Below are positions 37,748 through 51,070 of a stretch of 64,000 nt of DNA, piece by piece. Each line of letters starts with the position of its first letter. The stretch's first letter is position 1. This DNA is from Lepidodermella squamata (Eukaryota > Animalia > Gastrotricha). The position numbers and the translations under genes were made by a program. Where the stretch lies: positions 186,001-250,000 of the forward strand of contig JBLDXI010000066.1 of NCBI GenBank assembly GCA_047495785.1. The letters are read 5' to 3'. Below the pieces are notes generated by a model. It did not search any database. It saw only the letters and a program-made list of their open reading frames with translations, and was not told the DNA's origin.

Positions 37748-37845
37748 TTTTGGTGAGATGGAATCTGTTGGCAGCGCTTTTGAATTTCAGCGCTTCATTG
37801 CTCGCCTGGTGCTGCTCGAAGCTTTTATGCAAAAACAGGGTCGCT

Positions 37846-37916
37846 TGCATCGGCCGGGAATCGAACCCGGGCCTCCCGCGTGGCAGGCGAGAATTCTACC
37901 ACTGAACCACCGATGC
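37846..37916 (-). tRNA. tRNA-Gly(GCC)
   Basis: GCATCGGTGGTTCAGTGGTAGAATTCTCGCCTGCCACGCGGGAGGCCCGGGTTCGATTCCCGGCCGATGCA; downstream T-run terminator. Confidence 0.96.
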
Positions 37917-38002
37917 CGCTATAATGGCATTACTTGTTGAAGGCTATTTATTGTATGCCTATTTTGTAATGCCGCCGCTTCAGTTATTATATCAAAAAGC
38001 TT

Positions 38003-38074
38003 GGGCCCGTTCGGGAATTGAACCTGAGACCTCTCGCACCCGAAGCGCGAATCATACCCCTAGACCAACGAGCC
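38003..38074 (-). tRNA. tRNA-Pro(CGG), possibly decaying
   Basis: GGCTCGTTGGTCTAGGGGTATGATTCGCGCTTCGGGTGCGAGAGGTCTCAGGTTCAATTCCCGAACGGGCCC; one mismatch in the anticodon stem and one in the T stem. Confidence 0.85.
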
Positions 38075-38145
38075 TGTGTTGGAAAGTCATCGTGGGCTGT
38101 AGGCATTCCAATCAGTATAGGCCTGAAACGAAGCAAAACGTTATA

Positions 38146-38218
38146 CGCCGAGACCCGGGATCGAACCAGGGACCTTTAGATCTTCAGTCTAACGCTCTCC
38201 CAACTGAGCTATCTCGGC
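38146..38218 (-). tRNA. tRNA-Phe(GAA)
   Basis: GCCGAGATAGCTCAGTTGGGAGAGCGTTAGACTGAAGATCTAAAGGTCCCTGGTTCGATCCCGGGTCTCGGCG. Confidence 0.93.
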
Positions 38219-39186
38219 TTGATGGCGCCTTTTCTGTGGACGCTAAGTCGAATTTCCCTGTCGACGGCGCGTTGATGGCCGAATTCCCATGTAAGAAAAA
38301 ATTCCGATAAAGCCTTTCCACAGGATGATGCCATTCAACTCAAAATGCCACTCCAAATACCATTTTTCAAAAATGTGAATTTCTGAATAAGTCGCGGGCA
38401 GCATTTTCGTCATCGATTTTCTCTCTCGAAACCCATTCTAACGGAAATTTGAGGAAGGTTTACCCCAGACTAGATTTATCGACTGTCGAAGTTATTCAAA
38501 ACAATCGAGGCAAAACAAAGTTTGCGCATTCTTGAATTCATGACAGTTTTATTTTCAATCTAGATTGACAAAACAGCCGGCTAAATTTTCATTGTCATCC
38601 CCGGCGTGGCCGAGCTGAACATTGCTTTAGGCTTCAGGCTTTTAGCAATGACATCTATGACTTCACTTCGCGAACAAACTTAAAATGTGGTCCAGACACC
38701 CTAAATTATGAAAAAGTAATAGCGAGGAGAGGATTTTGTGAAGAAACGATTTAAAAAAATAACAGGCGTAACAGGAGTCACGTGGAATGACGTGGAATCC
38801 CTTGTGACCAAAATATTATGGCCACCGTAGCCACCTGTTACCAAAATCACGTGCGCGCGCCATTCATTTCTTTCAAAACAACAACACGTCGTTCTAACGC
38901 AAAAAAACAATTCAGCGATAATGATATAAACAATTATCGTCCCGTTATAGTTTTTTGTTATTTTTTAATACAACCCAATTTCAAATTTAATCGCGTGTCA
39001 TCGTTCAAACATCGTGTCGAACAAATGAGCTCGCTAAAAATAGCGGCGCCGCGAAAAACGGGCGGCACGCGCGTGAAATCCACGATAAAAAACAAGCAAA
39101 TTAAAGAAATAATTTCAACTACACCTTCATTCATTCGTTTTTCGTTTTCGGGAATTTCAGCCTTATCGATAAATTAAGCAACCGCG

Positions 39187-42046
39187 ATGAGGTCGCATGT
39201 TTCAACGTTATTTTATTTGGCGGTTATTTTATCGGCAATAACGATCACCAACTCGCAGCAAACTTACAAGCGCTGCTTCTCTCGATTCAATGACGATTTC
39301 GCTGGTTGTAAAACGAGTTGTTCATATTTCGAAGAAATTCAGGTGAATCCATTGATAATTTTTCCTTTAATATTAAAATTCTGTCAAACAATTTTTAGCT
39401 CGGCCTTGCTTTGAATAGCGCTGCTGCATGCGCCGAAGGAGTTGGTTTTTTTATTGTATTTTTTATGTTTAATTTGTTTATCTTAATTTGCCTTACAGAA
39501 CGCTCGAAGCTGTTTCAATTACAAGCAAACCAGCATGAGATGCATCCCTAGGAACTTGGGCTGCTCGGCAGCTGATGAAGTCCTGGTAGGGTTCAATGTC
39601 GTTGAAAATTGAGTACAAATTACAAATACCACTGTTTTCCTCCATCAGACAGAGGAGTACATTGGCCAGTCGTTCATTGTGAGGTACGAGGTTTGCAGAA
39701 ATGACACCAAAAATTTCATGGTTTGTTTGTTTGGTCTCAAAAACTAAAGCAAACTAATACATTTTATTTTCAGTCTCAGCCAGCTTATCTGTGCGACAAA
39801 AACGGCGCCCGGCTATGCATACCGATCAATGGAACTTGCCCAAATGGCGGGGTGAGTCTGTCATTCGGGATTTCAATCGCATTAAATAAATTCAAAAAAT
39901 TAAACTTAAAGTTCGTTTATCATTCCAAGATAGAATTACACTAAGTTCATTTATTAAAATGTTAGCGAATTCCTGTTCCCTGTTCCCACAGACTCGTCTC
40001 CGCAAATTCCCGACGATGCGAGCTTGTATGAGACAGCAGAACAGTGAGTTGCCTTACCATTGATTATTATCTCAGTAATCATCCTAATCCTAACGTTAGT
40101 AAGCAGAAACGAAAACGATTTCAAGCCGCACTACCGCTGTTTCCGGATCAGCGATCGATTTTTCCTCGGCTGCCAATCGACAACATGTGACACTGTTACA
40201 GCTACACCGGTAATTATCTGCTTCAGCGATTATTGGATTTTATTAAAAGTGTTGAATTTTCCAGGGCTTCAGCATGGGCACTTACGTGGACAAAGCACAC
40301 TGCACAGTTGGCGTGAGTTCATGTCATTGACGATCGAAGCAATTTATTTTTACTATTTTTTGTAAATAAAATAAATTCCAGCCCGCTGCTCTGTGCTCGT
40401 CAATCAGTGGAAACACATGCCGAGGTTCATGCAGCAGTCCCGGACTAACACTGGTATGAAGATATTAACAACAGCATGGGCAAATTACAATTGTTAATAT
40501 TTCTTTAAATTTAAGGTTGCTACGTTCAAAGCCAAGCCCGACTTCGCTGGTAATTATGCTGACTGCATTGCTGCTCAGGTTTGAATTATTTTTGGATTTT
40601 ATGATTTTTTATTAAGCTATTCTGAATTTATTTCCAGCCCCATACCCAGTGCCTGGATCCGAATTCGTTTGGATTCGTCAAATGTCAACCACAAGGCACG
40701 AGCTGCCCAGCCGGAACAGTCAGTGGAAACACCTACAGCAACTTGAACGATTGCTTGACAAGTGAGTGAATTTGCAATGCTTCGTATAATCTCTAGAACA
40801 AACCTAACTCTTCAGCTCAAAAAATAGAATATTAATGAGATCTCTCGGTCTTTTCTATAAACGATCATTCTTTTTATCGAACAGTCTTCTGTCCCAACTG
40901 CACTGCCTCGAACCTTCAATGCCTGCAGCCCAACACGTGTACGTGCAAGCCCCCAGCGAATCCCCAGTGCACGGCCAGTGCCACTCTTCAGTGTGACGTT
41001 GTCGTGATTCGGCCTGTCTTTCCACTTCCAACCTGCAGCGCTCTTCGCCACGACGGTGATCCTGTAGTCAACTATGATGCCGAGCCAAATCCTGAACAAA
41101 ACCAAGACTTTCAGTTCAGAAAGAGAAGTGGCCTGCTCGGCGACGCCTGCACTTGCAACTGCGTCTCCTTCGAATCCGTCAATGGCTTCAACAAATACCT
41201 ACGTCACTCGTCGTACAAGTTGAAAATTGACTGGTACGATAACGTCGTCAGCCCTGGGGTCGTTAACGATGTGACATTCTGCGAACGTACTCGAACAAAC
41301 GGCGTTGCTTACGAGGCTGTCAACTTTCCAAATTTCTTCATTCATGTCGATGCGAATAATGAAATCGGCCTTCGCCGGAATGACAATTCAGCGGATTTCA
41401 CGTCGCGTTCCACTTTTGTGGAAACGGTTGTTAAAATAGGTGGGTAGCATTGTTGGGTGAGACATGTTTGTACATGTATATAGGAAAGCTTTTGTAACAT
41501 TAGATCAAGGAATTTTCGCAAGTTTTCAGACTACTTATTTCCTTGTTTTGAATAGATATCCCGGGTTCGGGCCAAACATGCCCGGCACCTTCGAATCCTC
41601 GTTGCCAGGCGCCTAGCAAGTGTGACACCTATGTCATTCGGCCTGCTTTCCAAGTCACAAGCTGCAACGCTCTTGGCCATCAAGGCGATGTCGTTGGTAG
41701 CTATCTCGAACAAAATCCCGATTCGAATCAAAGCTTTCAATGGAAGAGAGTACGTGGCCTGACAGGCACTTGCTATTCTTTCAAGTCCGTCAACAGTGCT
41801 GGTCATTACATACGCCACACCTACTTCAAGGTCGTGATTTCCACGTACAACAACAATGCGGGCGTCGCTAGAGATGCGACATTCTGTGAAAAGGCTCGTC
41901 AAAACGGCACTGTTGCCTACGAGGCTGTCAACTACCCGAATTACTTCATCTATGTCGACACGAACAACGAAGTCCAACTGCGCCAGTTTGATCCTTCACC
42001 GGATTTCGCGATGCGAACCACCTTCCTCGCAACAATTATCCACTGA
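39187..42046 (+). CDS. Array paralog 5: secreted 6x(4-Cys repeat) + 2 AbfB/CBM42-like modules
   Basis: ATG 39187 MRSHVSTLFYLAVILSAITITNSQQ; AbfB exons 40885-41439 and 41556-42046. Confidence 0.87.
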
Positions 42047-44364
42047 GCAAAGAAGCGTTAATTTATTGACAGACTATAATCAAGTGAACAATCAAATGAT
42101 GTTAAATTGTGTTATCAATTTGTTAGAGTTGAGAGCGATTACATGCTGATTGAATATAACGCTGCGTTTTCAGTGTTATTCAAATTAGCTGAAATTATTT
42201 ATTTATTTATTTATTTGCTGACGAAATTTGCTGAGATGCTATCTAATAGCTATCTAAAGATTGTAAAATAATAAACTAATTTATTTTGGCTTTATTTATA
42301 GTTGTCCCTTCCCCGATATGAACGTGAACCTTTCAGGCTTAAATTCCCCCATTTTTTCGGCATTCATCACCCGGTGAAGTTGTAGGAAATGAGTAAATTA
42401 GGATCAATAGTGACAGTACCTGCCGCATAATAGCATCACTCAGGGCAAGCGGGATGTCGTTGCTCGGCTGGGCAAGGAAGTGGACGGTTGCGATTTTGAC
42501 TGCATCGACGATAGAGTGGCCGGCAGAGCGACTTGTAGCCTTGTAGCCTGAGTCGCACCGACGCGACATCGCTCCCTAATTTCTGCCTAACATTACATAT
42601 CACCAATCGGGCCGATTGTAACGGCAAGCTGGGTCCATTTCCCAAAATCCCAAATTGATTGATTCGGGTAGAGGACATCACAAGGGGCGTGCTCGTCATT
42701 TTTCTACAATTTTTTACAGAAATCAGAACAAGCTTCATCAGCGAAAAATAGCTTTACAATTACAAATAAAACTGATTTTGGTGATTAATTAATTAAGTCG
42801 AAATTGAAGCTGTTTTTTAGGGTAGCTCGCAGGCAGCTCGCGTCATCATGGTCCAGATTTCTGTACTTGGACGATTTTTGCTGAATTTCCTATGAATTTT
42901 AAAAAGGGTCCTCCTTCGCAGAACCAACTTTTGGAATTGTCTAGTGGCCTGACATCACTTTTCGGATATTTCTTGCGGGTCAAGAGTGACTACAAAAATT
43001 ATAAAGAAATCACCAGCCGAAAGCATATTTGGTTCCGTAAAATTGGTTCCGCTAAAAGATGTATTCTGTATTTAAAATAACGGCATCTGGTTATAACGGT
43101 CAATTAGGCATATTTTACGAACAATTTTTTTTTTCAATTTACCTGAAAAATTCGAAACAAATTACCAACGTCTTCCTTGTGAAACCCGCTGCCTGAATCG
43201 ACCAATATTCAGAAAAAATCACATTATAGCGTGTCCCTTAAGTTGAAATAGCATAGAAAAAATACATACAAAAGGATTCAGAAACTCTTAAATGAGAGCC
43301 GACGTCTCATGGCCAGAATTTTTTTAATAAATTAAAAAAAAATAAATCACGAGAATGGTAGGTAATCAAGTATGTCACTCGTTAATTGGATTAAAACAGA
43401 TCGCACAAATTAGATCCAAACCGGCAAAACACCGAAAATACCTGGCACGTGCTTAACGAAAATTATGCAAAATAGCAGTAGCAGTGAGGAACATTTTGAT
43501 TGAAAAATATCTGATTTAAAGCACTAAAAATAAGTTTTCGCAAAGTTTTGATTGAATTAAAAAATCGAATCGAATTCCGGAAAGTCCAAATTTTAAGAAT
43601 TGGGGGACCACATTTTTTTCCCAGAAAAATATTTTTTTCTTCAGAAATTATTTTTAGTAGAAAGGCCTTTTTCCGCCAGAAAGCCCATTTTTGTTAACAT
43701 AAAACTGCGAAATTGCATAAAAATTGTAATAAAAAGTTGAGCAAAGCAAATGACCCTGCGATTCCTTTCTCATTTTATATAAATTATAAAAAAAATGGAA
43801 AAATTACACGAGATGAAGAAATAAATACTCGCATTGGCGCAAATGTTCCAAATTAGTGCTAATTTTCAGAAATAATTAAGCGAAAATTGATCTCTGATTC
43901 TTTCCAATTTCGAATTTTTTATTTCAGCTACATGGTGCCCTAAGCTAATTAGAAAAATTATCGTTGATGGGTTTGGCTGATATCGGGAAAATCTCTGATT
44001 TGTAAAATTGATACCTGTAATCGATATCGGCTCTAAAAGTAATCCGACCGCTCATAGCGCCAAATACGCGTAATATGAAGGTCTATCGGTTGGGCATGAT
44101 AAAAAAATTTGAAATTCGAAAATTTGTAAATGTCTAGTGAAGACAAGAAACTCGAAAAACCTTATTATACCTAGAGGGAAATTTAGTGCTGGAACCCTGA
44201 AATTTTCCAACAATATCAGCGTTAATTTGCCGATTAGCAAAAAGCAAACGAATGGACGTTATATCAACAGTAATAGCGATCACTGGTTGAATATTATTTT
44301 GAAATAATAACTAGACACGTGGCTTGTTGAAATTAACTTATTGGGAATAGACATCTATTGTCTG

Positions 44365-44700
44365 CGCTGTTTCGCGTTACAGTTTATTCACAGTGAAATT
44401 GTCCAACCTGATTTTTTTGCAAATTGTTTTATCAACAGCTTGTCATCATTCGAATAATTAATGTCAGGGGTCATCATGGCGCCATGATACGCGCCTCTGC
44501 CAACTTTTCTGTCTGACCTCTGTTGTGGCCAGGTCGAAAAAAATGACCCAGCCAAAAAAATAGCTGCACCCAATGAAAAAACCTGCATAGACGGGCACGC
44601 GCGCGTTGAATGAAGCAATGTCGGGGTAAAAAATATCGCATACATATCAAAAAAAAGGATGACAATAACCTTCATTTATTCGAATTTTATTTTCGAGAAT
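44365..44700 (+). promoter_or_regulatory. Orphan copy of the array upstream region with no adjacent CDS
   Basis: Collinear with ~50770-51040 (TGTTTCGCGTTACAGTT, CTGTTG..GCCAGGT, GGCACGCGC, GCAAT.TCGG.GTAAAAAA, TTCATT.ATTC.AATTTT). Confidence 0.55.
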
Positions 44701-45794
44701 TTTTTAATTTTTTTTTTCGAGTAAACCACATGTTGTGTGATGAGTGAGTAATGGCTCATTTTGCGCCGATGAATCAATGCCGAAAATCGAAAATCAATGC
44801 CAATTGACAGATAAATTCCATTTTTTTCAACAAATTTTTTCACAAATGGATGCGAGCTTTGCTGATCGGTGATGTTAGAAATGGGAAATGGGCTGTGCTT
44901 CAATTTTGAGGAATAAAAATAAATTTTTTGAGAAATTCAATATCGCAGATGATGGATAGAACGAGTGGCGATAGTGTTAATAATTTCCGGGATTCAACGA
45001 AAATCAGCGTCATAAGAGCGTCATAATGTTGACAGTACGGTTGGATTTTCTTACGAGATTTCATGCAAAAAAATTGAACAAAAAATGATTGGATATTCTT
45101 TCAACTCCATACATTCAACCTCGACTTTAAAGGTGTCAGTCATACTTTTACGGGTCGAGTTTTGAACCGCCGAATTCAACGTGAAATTCTGCGTATTCCC
45201 AGCATGGAAAACTCGACAGGTTTTGAAAATGGAATAATGTTAAAAAAAGCTTTTTCGTTTCAAAATCCCAATTGCTAGGAGCTTTATTTTTTCCTGACTT
45301 CAAAGCTGAATCTTGACTCTGAAAATGCATTTTAGATGGTAAACATATTTTACATGGCTTGGAAAGCTTTATATGAATAAAAAGAAAATCCAAATTTTCC
45401 GGTTGAAACTAGTTGTCCAAAATAGACACAATTAAGGAATTATTCCAGTTTAAATCTAGGAGACCTAGATTTTTTTGCTTTACGTCGCTTTACACTCATT
45501 TTTTTATTTTTCCAACTAGATGTTTGCCAGATGAAACGCGTGCCATTTTTCAAACAGCCAATGTCAGGGCAAAAGATTGCGCCATTTTCTCAAATTTTCA
45601 GTGTGGCTTTTGTTGTGTCGGGTCATAAAAAAAATGACATTGCCTAAAATAGCGGTGTCATGAAAAATTTGACGGCACGCGCGTACTATCGAGCAATGTC
45701 TGATTTGAAAAAACCAAGCAAATCGAACGAAAGAAAACGTCAACCTTCATTCATTGAAATTTCACTTTTGAAAATTTCTCAATTTTCTTCAAAG

Positions 45795-48700
45795 ATGAGG
45801 TCGCATTTTTCAACTTCATTTTATTTGGCGGTTATTCTATCGGCAATTATAACGATAGCCAACTCGCAGAAGCCAACTTACAAGCGCTGTTTCTCTCGCT
45901 TCAATGACGATTTCACTGGTTGTAAAACCAGTTGTTCATATTTCGAAGAAATTCAGGTGAATTCATTTGATAATTTATCCTTTAATAATAATCCATTAAA
46001 ATTCTGTCAATCAATTTTCAGCTCGGTCTTGCTCTGAATAGCCCTGCTGCCTGCGCCGAAGGAGTAATTATTTTTTAAATTTTTTAAATTTTATTTATTT
46101 TTCGAAAATGTCTGCCCTATAGTCCGCTCGAAGCTGTTTCAATTACAAGCAAACCAGCATGAGATGTATTCCTAGGAATTTGGCCTGCTCAGCAGCTGAT
46201 GAAGTTCACGTAGGTTCATCTATAAATCGAAAATTTAGTGAAAATAAATTCCGCTTTTTTTCGCAGACATTCGAGTTCATTGGCCAGTCGTTCAAGACAA
46301 AGTACGAAGATTGCAGAACGAATATCAAAAGCTTTATGGTTTGTTCGATAATCTCGTGCCTAAATTCGCTTTTATATTATTTCATATATTTTATAGAGTC
46401 GTCCAGCTTACCTGTGCGACAAAAGTGGCGTTCGGTCGTGTATTCCAATCAATGGAACCTGCCCCAGTGGCGGAGTGAGTGTATTAACCGTTATTCGCCT
46501 TATTATCTCTACCGTTCTATAGATTTATATGTAGTTTAACATTATTTGCCAAGATTTGCAGTTAAAATAATTAATTAATAATCAATTTGAAAATTTCAAC
46601 GCCGAATTCCTCTCACCTATCAAGAGGTATTGCTTTTTGCTTTGCTAGAATTTCTAGCCAAAATTCAATTTAATGTGGAATATTTTTTAAAATTCAACAA
46701 AAAATGTAGCGAAATTGTTTCATTAGAATTTTTATTAGTTCGGGATATAATTGATTTTTCGAAATTAAATAGCGATTTTCTTGTTTAAAAATTAGGGTGC
46801 CAACTTTCATACATAAATATGTATGAAATTTTTACCTTTCATACATATTTATGTATGACAAAATTAACTTTCATACATATTTATTTTCATTAAATTCGAG
46901 CTGAAAACATTAGGGAAATGCCAGATGACTAGATTTCGGTTTATGTGAAAGAAAAACGGGGTTCCGAAAGCGTGGTCAATTTTTTCCGCATGAAAATGGT
47001 TATTGGGGAAGCGCAAGGGCCCAAAAATCGAACTTTGTAGAAACCCGAAACTCGAACTACCCTAACCCTAAACCTTAACCGTGAACCCTAACCAAACCCT
47101 AAACCTAACCCTAACCCTAACCCGAACCCTGGCACCTAACCCTAACCCCCAACCCCAATTCCTAATCACAGTTTGGCTAAAAAACACGATTTTATGAAAA
47201 AAAATATGTATGAAAGTTAATTTTGTCATACATAAATATGTATGAAAGGGAAAAATTTCATACATAAATATGTATGAAAGCGCACTTCGTAAAAATTATT
47301 TGTATTCGGTATTCGAAACATCGAGCATTTTGTGAAAATTTATTTATCAAGAAATGTTATACTCTTCAAAATTAAATATACATTTTCCTGAAATAAAATA
47401 AAAAATTCGAGATTTTTCCAATTTCTCTCCTTGAAGACATAAGCTCAATCTAATTCCCATCAGTCGTATCATTTAGTATTTAAAAAAAATTCAAGTCATG
47501 AAATTGAGCGATTTAATTTTTTAATTTTCAAAAAATTTCTGAAAATATATTTTTAATTTTGTTATTTTTCCACAGGCAGTCGTCCGAACAGTCGCGTCGA
47601 TGCAATCCTGTATGAATCAGCAGTACAGTGAGTTGTGGTTTTGTTATCTCGCTGATCATCTTCATCCTGCCTTTCCTTAAATCATAGTTACGAGAAACGA
47701 AAGCGATTTCAAGCCGCATTACCGCTGTTTCCTGACTAGTGATCGATCTTTCATCGGCTGCCAATCGACAGCATGCACCAGTAACACAGCTACACAAGTA
47801 ACGTTTTGCTTCATTAATTGTTTAGGGTTTGTAACGAGTATTAATGTTTTATTAGGATTTCAGCCTTGGCACTTACATGGACAAGGCCCACTGCACAGTT
47901 GGCGTGAGTTCATGCCTTTAAAGTTAAAACCAATTCATTGATCAATTTTTTTAAATTAATTTCAGCCTGCTGCTCTGTGCTCTTCCGCCAATGGGAATAT
48001 TTGTCGGGGTTCTTGCAACCGGCCCGGACTAACTCTGGTATGAAGAGGAAAGCTAAATTATTCGTTCTTGATTTTTCAAATTTTAAATCAGGTTTCTACG
48101 TTCAAAGCCAAGACCGATTTTGCTGGGAATTATGCTGACTGCATTGCTACCCTGGTTTTGATTATTACTTGAAATTCAGCATATTAAAAGTTAATTTATT
48201 TCCAGCCCCATACCCAGTGCCTGAATCAAAATTCGTTCGCATTCGTCAAATGTCAGCCTCAAGGCACGACCTGCCCCGCTGGAACAGTAAGTGGAAACAC
48301 CTACAACAACTTGAACGATTGCATGACAAGTGAGTAAATTTGAAATATATTCCTTTTACCTGACGTGTCTTCCCTGAAAAGTTCATGATTAATTCTATCC
48401 GAAATCTATCCCCATTTCAAACAGGAGAAAATCTTAGGAAAATCTGAAAATTTTGTTTGTTTTCGAAATTCCAGCTAGAATGAGATTGCCTGGATGAGGT
48501 GAGCTTCTAGTCGGAACACTGGCAAATGAAAAATTTTTCCTCCAACTTAAAACTATCACTGGTTGGAGCAAGAAATCAAATTTAGACGTTCAAAAAATAT
48601 ACATTTGAGGGATTGACAGCGTTTACCTTTTTTATACCCTGATCTCTCATCTCTGATATCTGTTTTATTCAACAGTCTTCTGCGCCAACTGCACTGCTGC

Positions 48701-49778
48701 GAACTTACAATGCCTGCAGCCCAACACGTGCACGTGCAAGGCCCCGGCGAATCCTCAGTGCACGGCCAGTGCCAGTCTTCAGTGTGACGTAGTTGTGATT
48801 CGGCCTGTCTTTCCACTCCCAACCTGCAGCGCTCTTCGCCACGACGGTGATCCCGTAGTCAGCTCTGCCGATGAAGATCCTGAACAGAACGAAGACTTCC
48901 TGTTCAGGAAGAGAAGTGGCCTGCTCGGCGACGCATGCACTTGCAACTGCGTCTCCTTTGAATCCGTCAATGTCTTTAACAAATACTTCCGTCACTCGAA
49001 CTGGATGCTCAAAATTGACTGGTACGATAACGTCATCAGCCCAGGCGTCGTTAACGATGTGACATTCTGCGAACGGACTCGAACAAACGGCGTTGCTTAC
49101 GAGGCTGTCAACTTTCCTAATCATTTCATTCATATCGATGAAAACAATCAAATCGGCCTTCGCGAAAATGACAATTCAGCGGATTTCACGTCGCGTTCCA
49201 CTTTTGTGGAAACGGTTGTTAAACGAGGTATATAACCCCCTTGTGGTTGCTACTTCTTCCGATTGCTTCAATTTTAATTCTTGTATTCTTGAACAGATAT
49301 CCCAGGTTCGGGCGTAACATGCACAGCGCCTTCGAATTCCCCGTGCCAGTCGTGTGATATTTATGTCATTCGGCCTGTATTTCAAATTACAAGCTGCAAC
49401 GTTCTCGGTATTCAAAATGGAGCTGTTGTTAGCATTCCCGATGAAAGTCCCGATTCGAATTCAGGCTACCAATTTCAGAGGGTTGCTGGCAAGTCAGGCC
49501 AATGCTTCTCTTTCGTACCCGTAGCATTGCCTGATAATGTAATGCGTCACTCCTACTTCAAGATCGTTACTTCCTTTTTCGATGGCTCAGAGGGGGTCGT
49601 TAAAGATTCGACATACTGCGAAAGAACTCGGGATAACGGCGCAATTGCCTACGAGGCTGTCAACTACCCGGGTTACTTCATCTATGTCGACACGACCAAC
49701 GAAGTCCAACTTCGCCAGTTTGACCCTTCACCGGATTTCGCGATGCGCACCACCTTCCTCGCAACAGTTGTCTCCTAA
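45795..49778 (+). CDS. Array paralog 6: secreted 6x(4-Cys repeat) + 2 AbfB/CBM42-like modules
   Basis: ATG 45795 MRSHFSTSFYLAVILSAIITIANSQ; AbfB exons 48676-49227 and 49297-49778. Confidence 0.85.
46795..47289. mobile_element. MULE-like non-autonomous element with internal CCCTAA repeats (copy B, inverted relative to copy A)
   Basis: Perfect 9-bp TSD TAAAAATTA at 46786-46794 and 47290-47298; degenerate (CCCTAA)n at ~47060-47157. Confidence 0.85.
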
Positions 49779-51070
49779 GCAAAGAAGCGAAACTGACAAA
49801 GCAATCAATTGAACTATCAACTGAATGATGGAAATATATGTCATTTTGTTAGAGATTAGTAATTAGATCGTCGCCATGCTAACTAAAAATTGTTTGGCTT
49901 CCTAGGAGTTCGGAGATGCGATCCCTTTCTGATACTCTATGATTTGTGAGTATCAAAATTAGTACGCAGGGTTAAATAATAAAATAATTTATGATTGTGT
50001 AATGAATCTTGTATTTACCTTCATGTGATGTCAAATTGCTGATAGATCTGCCAATTCAAATTGCGGCAATACTCATGGTCTTGAAGAGAAAAGGTGGAAA
50101 ACTTGACTTGGAAGTAGAAGAAATAAATTACCGTAATTCGAGATCGTTGGCTTACGAGTACTATAAATTCTGTTCGTGTAAAATCGATCCACCGTGAAAT
50201 ACAAATTATGGCCAGTAACAACCAGTAAACGTCGCACATGGGCATTTTTTAAAGTGGCCCGAGCGCGGAGCAATTTACCATGCGGATGCAAGAGATCGTA
50301 AGTAAATGAAACGACCTACGGCGCGAAACCTTCCATGAAACCGTCAGCATCGCAAAAAAGAACGTCCTGGGGCGCTGGGAAGCCTTCTAATAATAACTGC
50401 GTGTGCCTGAAAATTGTGGGAATTAAAAAAATATGGGAAACTTGACACACATGAAGAAATGTGCCGGCTATATTTGGCTCTACGAAGAGCTGAATAAACT
50501 ATTCCATGCAAGAGGCGCATTCTGGTAGGTATAAGCCCATATACCATCAAACGACTGCCATGGGCTGTTATTTATCGATAGATTAACTCATCTTGAGTTT
50601 TTAATTCCCGAGTGAAGCTAGGTGGCTCTGCCCCAGTTTAATTTAGACATAATTCCGAAACTATTTCAATTGGAACAATTTATCGCCGAAAAAATCTCAA
50701 AAATTAACAAAGCCGCTAGCAGACGGTTAAACCGGCTGGACATATAAATCTAGGAGAAGCAAGTTGTTTGCCATGTTTCGCGTTACAGTTATTATTCAAT
50801 TAGCCGCCAGATTTGTTTAATATCAAACATGTGCCATTTTTTAGACAGTCAATGCCAGGAAAAAAGATGGCGCCTTTTTCTCTAATTTTCTGTTGGGCCA
50901 GGTTCAAAAAATGTGAAAAATAACGAAGTTATGGAAAACCTGAAGGCACGCGCTTGGCACCGAGCAATCTCGGTGTAAAAAAGAGCAAGCACATCAAACG
51001 ATAGCGATTATTTTCATTCATTCAAATTTTGCTTCCAAAAATTTGTCATTTTTGCGAGAATTAAAAAGCC

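Noticed and set aside
47060-47157. CCCTAA tract as a true telomere or chromosome-fusion scar
   Set aside because: Short, degenerate and embedded in a TSD-flanked element present twice in the window
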